From a virus (Duplodnaviria > Caudoviricetes), in the IMG/VR virus record IMGVR_UViG_3300001580_000006, positions 32,001 to 96,000 of that record: a stretch of 64,000 nt of DNA; one strand, written 5' to 3'. Position 1 is the stretch's first letter. Each line of letters opens with the position of its first letter. Both the position numbers and the translations under genes were made by a program. The notes beneath the pieces are model-generated. The model was given only the letters and a program-made list of their open reading frames with translations, was not told where the DNA came from and made no database searches. Shown one piece after another: positions 56,197 through 64,000 of the stretch.

Positions 56197-56823
56197 TTAC
56201 GCAGTATCAATAGCGTGGGAGGGTATACATGTTGACTCTACTCCGCAATATGCATAATACGGTGGCAGCCTAAACGACGTCTCCACAGTATTTTCATCTC
56301 CTTGGTTCGCCCTTACATCAAAATTTGGTGGTAGGAGGTGGTCGAAAGCTAGTCTTTCTGCTGCTCTATTTATACCTTCTTGGATAGTCATATCTAAGTA
56401 TTCGTTGACGTTTTCAGCTAGAACCACCTCTTGGTGTCTTGCCATTGCAGTGGCCACCATTTGGATCCACTGGTCCGTAATGTTATCAAACCAGGCAGCC
56501 TCTACCACAAACTCTGGTTTTAGCTGCAGCGGCACTTCCTGCACCTCTGGTAGGTTATCCGCAGTTGGGCGAAACTCTTCTATATCGTCGTTTATTCCAC
56601 ACTCTTTACAGGAATCCCATATAAGCGAGGCTGCCGACTTTACTTCCTCTGGCCACCCTGGTGGTAGGTCAACTTCCCAATCTCCATAGCCTAGAAAGGA
56701 GCAGTATCCGTTTTCTTGGTTTGGTCTTGTTTTGTCTATGCTATGGTACGGACAATGCCCATTCTCATCATAGCAGTAAATACCTTTTGGTATTACTGAG
56801 ATATCCTTATTCGATTCCGACAT
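56197..56823 (-). CDS. Hypothetical protein with an N-terminal Cys-rich domain
   Basis: IPKGIYCY...CPY...GYC...WD.CKECG. Confidence 0.55.
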   Translation of the reverse strand: MSESNKDISVIPKGIYCYDENGHCPYHSIDKTRPNQENGYCSFLGYGDWEVDLPPGWPEEVKSAASLIWDSCKECGINDDIEEFRPTADNLPEVQEVPLQLKPEFVVEAAWFDNITDQWIQMVATAMARHQEVVLAENVNEYLDMTIQEGINRAAERLAFDHLLPPNFDVRANQGDENTVETSFRLPPYYAYCGVESTCIPSHAIDTA

Positions 56824-57022
56824 CTAGTGGCTCCTTTGGTGGACGGCTGCATTTTGGGCAAACATCTGGGTTTAGTTTCCAGCGCATACGCCCTATCAAA
56901 GCTGTTAGCTCTCCATCAGCCCACACCGAGGCGGTACCAAATGTTTCTACTATGTTACATTTACTACAATGAAGGTCTATCCAGTATGGACTCCCTTCTA
57001 CGTGTTCTTTTCGTGTAAACAT
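56807..57022 (-). CDS. Small zinc-ribbon-like protein
   Basis: CSKC...CPKC pairs. Confidence 0.5.
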   Translation of the reverse strand: MFTRKEHVEGSPYWIDLHCSKCNIVETFGTASVWADGELTALIGRMRWKLNPDVCPKCSRPPKEPLDVGIE

Positions 57023-57054
57023 TCTTTGGGCCGCTCTGCTATGTTACTACTTTA

Positions 57055-57130
57055 TGGTAGTCCGTCCTGGGATTGAACCAGGGACCACCAGCTTATAAGG
57101 TTGGTGCTCTACCAACTGAGCTAACGGACT
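57055..57130 (-). tRNA. trnI: tRNA-Ile(TAT)
   Basis: AGTCCGT/ACGGACT, CCAAC-CTTATAA-GCTGG (one A.C mismatch), CCTGG-TTCAATC-CCAGG, ACCA. Confidence 0.85.
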
Positions 57131-57131
57131 G

Positions 57132-57210
57132 TGGCGCGCCTGCAGGGATTCAAACCCCGAAAACCTCTTGGTTCGTAGCCAAGTGCTCTATTCAGTTGAG
57201 CTACAGGCGC
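57132..57210 (-). tRNA. trnR: tRNA-Arg(ACG)
   Basis: GCGCCTG/CAGGCGC, CTTGG-CTACGAA-CCAAG, GCCA end. Confidence 0.9.
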
Positions 57211-57211
57211 A

Positions 57212-57288
57212 TGGTGGGCAAAGACTGAATCGAACAGTCCACCTCGTCCTTATCAGAGACGCGCTCTAACCAACTGAGCTACTTGCCC
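57212..57288 (-). tRNA. trnI: tRNA-Ile(GAT)
   Basis: GGGCAAG/TTTGCCC, anticodon loop CTGATAA, GACTG-TTCGATT-CAGTC, ACCA. Confidence 0.9.
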
Positions 57289-57815
57289 GTTTTCGGAAAC
57301 TGACCGGTTATGTGGAAAGTGCGGTGGCAGTTTGGGCAAAGAACTATGCATTTATCAAGTTCGCCCTTAATAACAGACCATGATTTTGTTAGACTATTGC
57401 CAATAGCAAAGTCTTTCTCGTTTGGGTCGCGGTGATGGTACTCCATAATCCTATGCTCCCTATCAAATCCACACGATGCACAAATACAACCTGTATATTC
57501 AATAGCGCGGGCTCGCATCATATGCCTTGATTCATTGAGCCTACAGGTCGTACATTTGGTAGTACTAGACCCACGACGTAGAATATAATCTTTCTTACAA
57601 ACTATACATGTACAAATATCACCGTAGTGGTGTTTTAGTGGTCTACATTGGATACAATATGCCAGCCCTGCCTTAATACTTGCACCACAAATCCTGCATA
57701 CTCCGGTTGGGAGCATGTGTCTTCGGCCCGGTGTTTTATTATGACTGATTGCCGCACAGCTACGCGAGCAGAACTTCGGATTCTTTGTCTCTTTACCGCA
57801 AGTAGCGCACCTCAT
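57279..57815 (-). CDS. HNH endonuclease (family 2) in the tRNA cluster
   Basis: N-terminal KFCSRSCAA and multiple CxxC; EYHHRDPNEKDF...ELDKCIVLCPNCHR. Confidence 0.8.
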   Translation of the reverse strand: MRCATCGKETKNPKFCSRSCAAISHNKTPGRRHMLPTGVCRICGASIKAGLAYCIQCRPLKHHYGDICTCIVCKKDYILRRGSSTTKCTTCRLNESRHMMRARAIEYTGCICASCGFDREHRIMEYHHRDPNEKDFAIGNSLTKSWSVIKGELDKCIVLCPNCHRTFHITGQFPKTGK

Positions 57816-57859
57816 AGTATCTCCAGTTTCGAACTTATTATGGTAGCGTTATTGTTATA

Positions 57860-57889
57860 ATTATAACACACCTTGTGGTTCGAAACCAA
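57860..57889 (-). promoter_or_regulatory. Sigma70-type promoter for the HNH/tRNA cluster
   Basis: TTGGTT-18 bp-TATAAT with extended TG; the -10 lies in a 16-bp palindrome. Confidence 0.55.
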
Positions 57890-57901
57890 AATGCTCGCGA
57901 C

Positions 57902-58177
57902 CTATTTTAGCATTTTATTTTCTCTCAATACCTGGAATATTACCGTAGATAGTGCGGTTATCTGTGGGTGTTCCAATTTTAATTCTAGGTGGGAATTGAT
58001 AGCCTCCACTATCTCGTGCATCAACACAGACTCCTGGACTGACTGCGGCATACCAGTTGATAGCCTAATAACACTGTGCTTTGGATCCATAGTTCCTATG
58101 TTGTCGATGTCGCTTACATCTAAGTGGACGATTTTGAACGCGTGCCCCAAGATATTAATGCTTTTTGGAATCACCAT
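57902..58177 (-). CDS. ImmA/IrrE-like zincin-fold small protein (HEIVE variant)
   Basis: IP.SI.ILG..F...G......IRL...M......VLMHEIVEAI. Confidence 0.55.
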   Translation of the reverse strand: MVIPKSINILGHAFKIVHLDVSDIDNIGTMDPKHSVIRLSTGMPQSVQESVLMHEIVEAINSHLELKLEHPQITALSTVIFQVLRENKMLK

Positions 58178-58190
58178 CTTGTCTCCTTAT

Positions 58191-58273
58191 TGGTGGTAGA
58201 GGGGGGAATTGAACCCCCACGGTTGCCCACTAGTTCCTAAGACTAGCGCGTCTGCCAGTTCCGCCACCCTACC
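58191..58273 (-). tRNA. trnL: tRNA-Leu(TAG)
   Basis: GGTAGGG/CTCTACC, CTAGT-CTTAGGA-ACTAG, long variable arm, ACCA. Confidence 0.9.
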
Positions 58274-58275
58274 AA

Positions 58276-58413
58276 TTATTTAGAATCTATTTTCTTTGCG
58301 TATGACTGTAACGTGTCTACGGCTACCTTAGTTAGTGTAAAGGTATAAGTATCGGTAGTTGGGTCGTGCACAGCATAGGACAGCAGTAAGTCTATCATCT
58401 CTGTTGCTTGCAT
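58276..58413 (-). CDS. Small hypothetical protein (45 aa, not in the ORF track)
   Basis: ATG immediately after the stop of 58414..58788; reads MQATEMIDLLLSYAVHDPTT...KIDSK*. Confidence 0.4.
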   Translation of the reverse strand: MQATEMIDLLLSYAVHDPTTDTYTFTLTKVAVDTLQSYAKKIDSK

Positions 58414-58788
58414 TTATTGCTCCTTGTACCACTCTACTATTAATTCTGTTAGGACTGGTGGGAAGAACAGCTCGAACTCTATTTGATCTACGTCCCATGC
58501 TTGTATTGCTTTATAGATCATTATATATAAGTCCTGCCTCTTGTCCTCTATTAGTATATTGCTTAACCTATCTATCGAGCCACTTTTCCACTGCAACTCG
58601 TTAGCAACCAAAGATGCTATAAAGAACCCTATCGACGTACAATTAACTAGCACTGGTTGATATGTGTTTTCGTGCAGCAACCCTAGCAGGCCGGGCATCA
58701 AATCCCTATCTATATGGGCTTGTAGCTCTCGATACTTGTTTGGGTCGCCTTTGTAGGCTAGTACTGCGTCGTAGAATGAAGTATTCAT
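58414..58788 (-). CDS. Hypothetical protein
   Basis: 124-aa ORF, GGAGG RBS, ATGA overlap. Confidence 0.5.
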   Translation of the reverse strand: MNTSFYDAVLAYKGDPNKYRELQAHIDRDLMPGLLGLLHENTYQPVLVNCTSIGFFIASLVANELQWKSGSIDRLSNILIEDKRQDLYIMIYKAIQAWDVDQIEFELFFPPVLTELIVEWYKEQ

Positions 58789-59420
58789 GTTGCCTCCGTG
58801 GCGTGAAAGCCTAGTTCCTTATGACAGTCCTTGCAGAGCGTTGTTCCGTTAGCTATATCCCACAACTCCTGGCAAGCTATGGCCTGTTCGACGGATTCGA
58901 CATTGTGTGCGCGAATGATTTTACTGAAGGCTTTCTTGTGGTGTGCGTGAAGATAGCCAGCCGCACCACACTTTCGACACTTAAAACCATCTCTTGCAAA
59001 TACAGACTGCCGCCAGACTTGGTATTCTTCAGTCTTAGCAACTGCTTTTCTAAGTCCGTGATTGGCCATAGTTATTCCACCTTGCCAGTTAGCGGCATCT
59101 TTTCCTCGTCGGCGCATCCACGGTGCTGGCCGGCCGCACATCGCCTTACTAATCTTTTTTCTGGTTGCAAGGGAGTGGCTACAACCGAGACTGTTTTTGT
59201 TGCCCATTAATGCTCGACGTATTCTATCTTTGGACTCCACAGTATGGTGTTTTCCCTTAGCAGCTGCATGAAGTTTGGCCCTACTTGCACTTGCAGCTGC
59301 ACTACTTTTGAGCACAATGCTTAGTTTCTTCCTAGTCTTTGCCGAAACCACATGGCCAATTTTTGCCATGCTAATCTTGGCCCTAGTTTCTGGAGACACG
59401 ATGCCCCCCTTTATTGGCAT
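58785..59420 (-). CDS. HNH homing endonuclease (family 1, copy F) with NUMOD3-like repeats
   Basis: SPETRAKIS / SAKTRKKLS / HTVESKDRI / HSLATRKKIS plus the family-1 core. Confidence 0.85.
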   Translation of the reverse strand: MPIKGGIVSPETRAKISMAKIGHVVSAKTRKKLSIVLKSSAAASASRAKLHAAAKGKHHTVESKDRIRRALMGNKNSLGCSHSLATRKKISKAMCGRPAPWMRRRGKDAANWQGGITMANHGLRKAVAKTEEYQVWRQSVFARDGFKCRKCGAAGYLHAHHKKAFSKIIRAHNVESVEQAIACQELWDIANGTTLCKDCHKELGFHATEAT

Positions 59421-59827
59421 TCCTGGCCCCTTGGTTTCTCAAACTCCAGGCTCTTCCAAGACATCTGTTCTCGGTTAATCGGTATTCCAAGTCGATGCGC
59501 CTCTCTCATTACCGTATGCAGTCTTTTCTCGTCTAGGAGGCCATTTCTATAGGCGGCGTCTACCAACATCTCCCACTGCTGTTCGTCAGTTACATACACT
59601 AAGTGAAGATCCATTTTATGCGAACTGGTATTATACTGCTGTAGAACTTCCTCGACATGAACCTTTCCATTAGTCGCATCTACCACAATAGCAAACACTT
59701 CTCCAGGAAAGCCGCCCATCTTTAATTCACCTAGCTTAAAGAAGTTGGTTCCGTGCACTCGTTCGATCTCCTTGCTCTTGAGCCCTATCTTGACTCCACG
59801 CAGTGCATTTGTAAGTTTTGGTTTCAT
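59411..59827 (-). CDS. Hypothetical protein
   Basis: 138-aa coupled ORF. Confidence 0.5.
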   Translation of the reverse strand: MKPKLTNALRGVKIGLKSKEIERVHGTNFFKLGELKMGGFPGEVFAIVVDATNGKVHVEEVLQQYNTSSHKMDLHLVYVTDEQQWEMLVDAAYRNGLLDEKRLHTVMREAHRLGIPINREQMSWKSLEFEKPRGQECQ

Positions 59828-60174
59828 TGCCTGTGCTCCCTATATGCTTGTTCCTTACGCTTGTAAATCCTTGCCTGGTCTTGGGTTAGCTCAGAGAACA
59901 TTATTATGGCCGTATCAGGTTTGTTGTTAAAACCCATGCTGCTCATAGTAGTGCTTCTGTTCTTTACACCGTACCCGACTAGAAACTGCCTACCGTTGGT
60001 ACCGTCTCGGACGACCTTGATGCCAAGATCGTCCGTTACCTTCCTCTTCATTATATCCTCTGGATCAGTGGCCTCGTATATTACTGGGTGAAGCGTGTCC
60101 TGCGTAGTATTAAGTTTTAGTAGCGTGCGCACAGGCCCAGGAATCTCAAGATGTAGATTTTTCGGTTTCAGCAT
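59824..60174 (-). CDS. Hypothetical protein
   Basis: 116-aa coupled ORF. Confidence 0.5.
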   Translation of the reverse strand: MLKPKNLHLEIPGPVRTLLKLNTTQDTLHPVIYEATDPEDIMKRKVTDDLGIKVVRDGTNGRQFLVGYGVKNRSTTMSSMGFNNKPDTAIIMFSELTQDQARIYKRKEQAYREHRQ

Positions 60175-61123
60175 TTTTCAAAGCCTCTGGTAAATCTGGT
60201 ACTTCTTTATAGAGCTGTTTTACTTGCTCCGTTATTGTGGCGGATTCCTTGGTGTCAGGAAACATTGCCGCTAGTGTGGCAACTATGCCCCTATGTAGGG
60301 CTGTGCGCCTCTCGTCCCAACCACTGGTATCGCCAACTACTCCTAGGAAGAACGCAGCTTCTGGTGATTCGATTACAACCTCACAACCCTCGACTACCTT
60401 AAGCAGCTCTTCTCTGGTGTGGGCAGTTACTGACCTCAGTGTGCAATCCTTGTCTCGCAAGGTCTTTGGCACTTCGGTTGATGCCACGTTTAGCTCTACA
60501 AAGCCAAATGGGTCGAACACCTTGACTTGTTTGCCTTTCTCTATCTTCTCTGATATATCCTTAAGCCTGCGCAGAGTCTTGTCAAAGAGCACCACGTCGC
60601 TATTGCCAGTAAAGCTGGAAATGGCTGGCTGTATTGGAACAGGTCTCCAAAACGCTGAGGCTGTGCCCTCGATACCAGCGTCGTTGATTGGTATTACCTC
60701 TACTCCGTTAGACGCAAATGACCGTATAGCTTTGATACCTTCCTCAGATATCTCACCGTTCTCGTCTTGTAGCGGGGCGCACAATACTATGATTGCTGGT
60801 TGAACTCCCTTGCTTTGAATGCTTACCAAGAACTCATCGCTAGGTAGCCCCTCTACGAACAGAACCCCAACCGGCTGCCCTGACTGGATGGTTTCAAACG
60901 TCCTTTTTGACGCCGAAGCCCGGGTAAAGAATGCTGACTCCTTTGGGCTAGCCATGTAATATGGAGCATCTATTTGTGGGTATGACATTATTGATAGGCT
61001 GTTGGTGGCACACCATGGCGCCTGGTCAAGATCGTGCTGCATGCTGTTTAGGAACCTGCGGAAGCACTCTCCAGCAGCACTTAGGCTGAAGTAAGGTCCT
61101 ATGTATACTGTATTCCAAACCAT
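60146..61123 (-). CDS. Degenerate GT-B glycosyltransferase-like protein
   Basis: GGAGGAG RBS before ATG 61123; V.YIGP.....G..FR start and EELLKVVEGCEVVI.S. Confidence 0.4.
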   Translation of the reverse strand: MVWNTVYIGPYFSLSAAGECFRRFLNSMQHDLDQAPWCATNSLSIMSYPQIDAPYYMASPKESAFFTRASASKRTFETIQSGQPVGVLFVEGLPSDEFLVSIQSKGVQPAIIVLCAPLQDENGEISEEGIKAIRSFASNGVEVIPINDAGIEGTASAFWRPVPIQPAISSFTGNSDVVLFDKTLRRLKDISEKIEKGKQVKVFDPFGFVELNVASTEVPKTLRDKDCTLRSVTAHTREELLKVVEGCEVVIESPEAAFFLGVVGDTSGWDERRTALHRGIVATLAAMFPDTKESATITEQVKQLYKEVPDLPEALKNAETEKSTS

Positions 61124-61124
61124 G

Positions 61125-62330
61125 TTATTTCTCCTCCACAAGATTGAATAGTGTCTGTGCAATGGATGGGTAATTAGGCTTAAAGGCGTTTGACCTGCCC
61201 AGTTGGCTTCTATTCCTTACTAGACGTACAAGTTCCTTTATGGCTGATTCGGCAGAAAATGCCTTGCCGAACATATCCGACCCCACCGTGTCTACCGGCA
61301 CATTACCATACTGCGTATTCAGCACTGGCATGTCCCAGGCTAGTGCGGTATGTACCAACGGTGACCACACATGATCCCTACTGGCATCTACTACGATGTC
61401 TGCACAAGATAGATACTGAGATAGTGCGGCGTTCTCGAAGTAGAAATTGGTAGTGTCCTTCTTGCCAGCTATAATCATATGCTTATTTAGCATATCTGAT
61501 GGTAGGGCAGGATTCTTTAGAATATCCAGATAGGTGGATGATTGGAGCAGAACAAGCCACTTGAATTTTATTTGCTCCATTGCTCCAGCCATAACCTCAA
61601 GCAGCGTAATAACTTCTGGCTGGGTGATACCTATTTCGTCCATGGATGGCAGCAGTGTCACTACGACAGTGTCCTCTGGAGTTAGTGTTCCCGAGTTATC
61701 TGGCAAGCTTATGTTAGCTCTAATGCCCTTCTTGTCAAACGGTGCGGTTGCTAAAGTCGGGAACTTGGCTACCTCTATTTGATGCACGTCGGCTACCGTA
61801 ACTCCGTTAGATAGATGGCGCCGGCTGTCCTGATCTGGTACTATGACCACCTTTGCTCTATGGAAAGCATCTGAATAGATGGCGTCCCTGGCTGGCGAGT
61901 CCTTGAACACAGTGCGCGATCTTACCTCAAACCCTGACTTGGACCAAGGCACCGTACGTAGTATAATAGCCTCCGACTCTAGATCCGGCATTTTACACAG
62001 TAGAGTAGCCTCGGCTAGCGGTGAGTCAACCGTTAATATGTAGTCATACCTGTCTTCGTGCAGTAGTTGCTGTAGTAGTAGTGGCTCCATCCCACTACGA
62101 TATGCTACATTATAGATAGGCCATATATGCTTTATCTCGTTTGACGTCTCTGCACTTCCGCCAAGCATTCTGTCTTTTACCTGCAGTCCTAAGGAGTACT
62201 CACTAAGGCTTAGCGATGGAGTTAGAACATGAATTCTTCCTGTGTAGCTCGATAGAGAAGTTATGTCCTTAACGACTAGCTTCGCTAACTCTAGTGATCT
62301 TGGTTCAGTAATTATAAGCACTTTCTTCAT
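61125..62330 (-). CDS. GT-B (GT4-like) glycosyltransferase-like protein
   Basis: MKKVLII start; YLSCADIVVDAS...WSPLVHTALAWDMPVL corresponds to ADxxxxxS..E.......EA.A.G.PV. Confidence 0.55.
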   Translation of the reverse strand: MKKVLIITEPRSLELAKLVVKDITSLSSYTGRIHVLTPSLSLSEYSLGLQVKDRMLGGSAETSNEIKHIWPIYNVAYRSGMEPLLLQQLLHEDRYDYILTVDSPLAEATLLCKMPDLESEAIILRTVPWSKSGFEVRSRTVFKDSPARDAIYSDAFHRAKVVIVPDQDSRRHLSNGVTVADVHQIEVAKFPTLATAPFDKKGIRANISLPDNSGTLTPEDTVVVTLLPSMDEIGITQPEVITLLEVMAGAMEQIKFKWLVLLQSSTYLDILKNPALPSDMLNKHMIIAGKKDTTNFYFENAALSQYLSCADIVVDASRDHVWSPLVHTALAWDMPVLNTQYGNVPVDTVGSDMFGKAFSAESAIKELVRLVRNRSQLGRSNAFKPNYPSIAQTLFNLVEEK

Positions 62331-63283
62331 TTGCACAATTCCTCCACAACCGAACGTAGTGTTTTTCCCTCTGCCTCATTATACTCGGCTATTCTTTTTG
62401 AGATTTGTTCTAGGTCTGACTCTGCCTCTAGCGGCACCTGCTCCGATAAACGTCTTACTGAGATTAGTGGGCGTAGGTCTGCTGGAACACTGAGTATCCT
62501 CTCAAGTTCATAAAACAGCCCCTCCTCGAACTGTGACCCGATTACTGGATATAGACCGTGGCCAAAGAACTCAAGCATCTGCTCTACAGTAAGAGTCTTG
62601 TCTATTACAAAGCAGTCGGCCTCATCTACACTATCGTACTGACGAAACTTTGTAACTTCGCGGTCCTTATATAGAGGAACTACACGTCCAGCCGCCTCTA
62701 CCATGTTTGGCTGCACTAGGATAGTAACACCCTGTAGGCCCAAAGCAATCATCTTTGTCACACTAGCTGGAGTGTTGTTCAGTACGTTTAATCCCTCATG
62801 CTTCTGTCGACGACTACGACTCCAATTTACCTCTGGCAGACTGAGCTTTATGGTTTCTACTGGTTTGTCTGTGTACCTAGTAATCCAGTCTGCAGTTATC
62901 CTATCGAACGCAAATAGCCGCATTTCAGTTCCACTGTTTCCCATTTCGACCAATTTGCTTAGGCCAGCATAATCAGAGTAGTCTGCTTGCAACACTGGTG
63001 GGCACCACAGCCAGACATTCTTTGGTCTACCGTACTGAGCGTAGTGCATCACCATGGATGGCCTACCGATAATTACGAGTGTGTCGGCGCCACCATTTAT
63101 CTTCTCTAGCAGCTCGATGTAGTCGTCAGCTAGATATGGTAGTTGTTCTTGGATTGGTTGCGGCACAAACAGTATGTCGCTATCCTTCTCCCTCTTCAGT
63201 TCCGAATGAATCTGGTCAAACTGTGTTGCAATCAGGTGCGAGGCAGAAGCAGATTCATATTTGGGTGCTATGACTATTTTCAT
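62327..63283 (-). CDS. Degenerate GT-B glycosyltransferase-like protein
   Basis: MKIVI start; EADCFVI...MLEFFGHGLYPVI. Confidence 0.4.
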   Translation of the reverse strand: MKIVIAPKYESASASHLIATQFDQIHSELKREKDSDILFVPQPIQEQLPYLADDYIELLEKINGGADTLVIIGRPSMVMHYAQYGRPKNVWLWCPPVLQADYSDYAGLSKLVEMGNSGTEMRLFAFDRITADWITRYTDKPVETIKLSLPEVNWSRSRRQKHEGLNVLNNTPASVTKMIALGLQGVTILVQPNMVEAAGRVVPLYKDREVTKFRQYDSVDEADCFVIDKTLTVEQMLEFFGHGLYPVIGSQFEEGLFYELERILSVPADLRPLISVRRLSEQVPLEAESDLEQISKRIAEYNEAEGKTLRSVVEELCK

Positions 63284-63490
63284 TTATCTCCGTCCCCTCT
63301 TGTTTTTCTTTGTTCGCTTTTTCTCCACCTTTGGCGCCTCTACATTTACTTTTTTTGGTAACTCAGTGCTTGTGATGACATCCACCGGCACCTCTTTTAC
63401 CTCGGGTGCCCTGGCCTTACTGGCAACTGGCACTCCTCTGCCGATTTTATTAATCGGATCCGGCAAATTCCTCTTCAGTACTAACGGCAT
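63284..63490 (-). CDS. Small basic hypothetical protein
   Basis: K/R-rich tail; coupled to neighbours. Confidence 0.4.
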   Translation of the reverse strand: MPLVLKRNLPDPINKIGRGVPVASKARAPEVKEVPVDVITSTELPKKVNVEAPKVEKKRTKKNKRGRR

Positions 63491-63743
63491 CTTCGCTCCC
63501 CTCTATTGTGCTTACTTTATATTTTTTACCAAACTGGTTATCTGTTTCTTGCTTAATGTCTGCATAAATCGCCTTTAATCGTAGGCGTACATATTCAGGT
63601 GTGTGATGAAGTCGCTCAGCTATCTCGTGTGGCCTCATACCTGTGACCCACCTTGAGTAGAAGATAATCAAATCTATTCCAGGGCGCTTATCCAGAACAC
63701 TAGCAATAATAAATTGTATGTTTTCTGGAATTTCTACAGCCAT
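63450..63743 (-). CDS. Sigma-region-4/LuxR-like HTH protein
   Basis: IF..RW..GMRPHEIAERLH.T...VR.RL. Confidence 0.6.
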   Translation of the reverse strand: MAVEIPENIQFIIASVLDKRPGIDLIIFYSRWVTGMRPHEIAERLHHTPEYVRLRLKAIYADIKQETDNQFGKKYKVSTIEGSEDAVSTEEEFAGSD

Positions 63744-63744
63744 T

Positions 63745-63990
63745 TTATTTCCCTACGAGGAGGTCATCCTCAAATAGCTCTTTTGGCAGCGAAGTTACCT
63801 TTATTTCAGCAGTGTGGTTAATCACTAACAACTTGTGGTCCTTCAGGTGCAACTGCTCCTGTATTGTCTTGTTCCACTCGTCCAGTTGTTTTACGTCTGC
63901 TCCTTGAATTCTTACCACTACCAGCTGCTGGTCTCGCCTTTTTACTGGTTTCCACAGCCAGCTCACTAGATCCACTAGCTTCATCTTCAC
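63745..63990 (-). CDS. Hypothetical protein
   Basis: AAGGAGG RBS before GTG 63990. Confidence 0.5.
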   Translation of the reverse strand: MKMKLVDLVSWLWKPVKRRDQQLVVVRIQGADVKQLDEWNKTIQEQLHLKDHKLLVINHTAEIKVTSLPKELFEDDLLVGK

Positions 63991-64000
63991 CCTCCTTAAG

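Noticed and set aside
1-64000. CRISPR array or cas operon, prompted by the Cas4-like domain
   Set aside because: No regularly spaced repeats and no other cas-like genes seen; the nuclease is an internal domain lacking Fe-S cysteines.
1-64000. Stop-codon reassignment
   Set aside because: Code 11 gives dense, uninterrupted ORFs up to 2223 aa; TAA, TAG and TGA all end genes; no suppressor tRNA seen.

Overview
A 64-kb segment of a large, probably lytic, contractile-tailed (myovirus-like) phage genome. Bases 1-55187 (+ strand) are a tail/baseplate morphogenesis region: the C-terminal part of a tail sheath, three tail-tube-like paralogues, two probable tail chaperones, two giant (~2000 aa) tape-measure/ejection-type proteins, a 2223-aa hub-like protein with an N-terminal M15 peptidase, gp25-like and baseplate-J-like wedge proteins, many large baseplate/fibre proteins and a spanin-like membrane protein. 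After a terminator at ~55.2 kb, a convergent minus-strand region carries eight tRNA genes (including Leu-AAG, Ile-TAT and an aberrant initiator-like Met), small hypothetical genes, three eroded GT-B glycosyltransferase-like paralogues and an HTH protein. Eight free-standing HNH endonuclease genes of two families are dispersed through the window. The best candidate for a new system is the giant protein pair. 14249..20194 appears to be a single-chain two-barrel RNA polymerase (RYP...NIDTDDD) fused to a DEDDh 3'-5' exonuclease. Its overlapping partner 8071..14256 carries an embedded Cas4/RecB-like PD-(D/E)XK nuclease. Together they suggest a virion-delivered nucleic-acid-processing module. Also notable: a three-hairpin intergenic RNA with anti-Shine-Dalgarno loops, and an HNH gene sharing the N-terminus of its neighbour. 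All assignments are by-eye motif recognition; no database searches were run.
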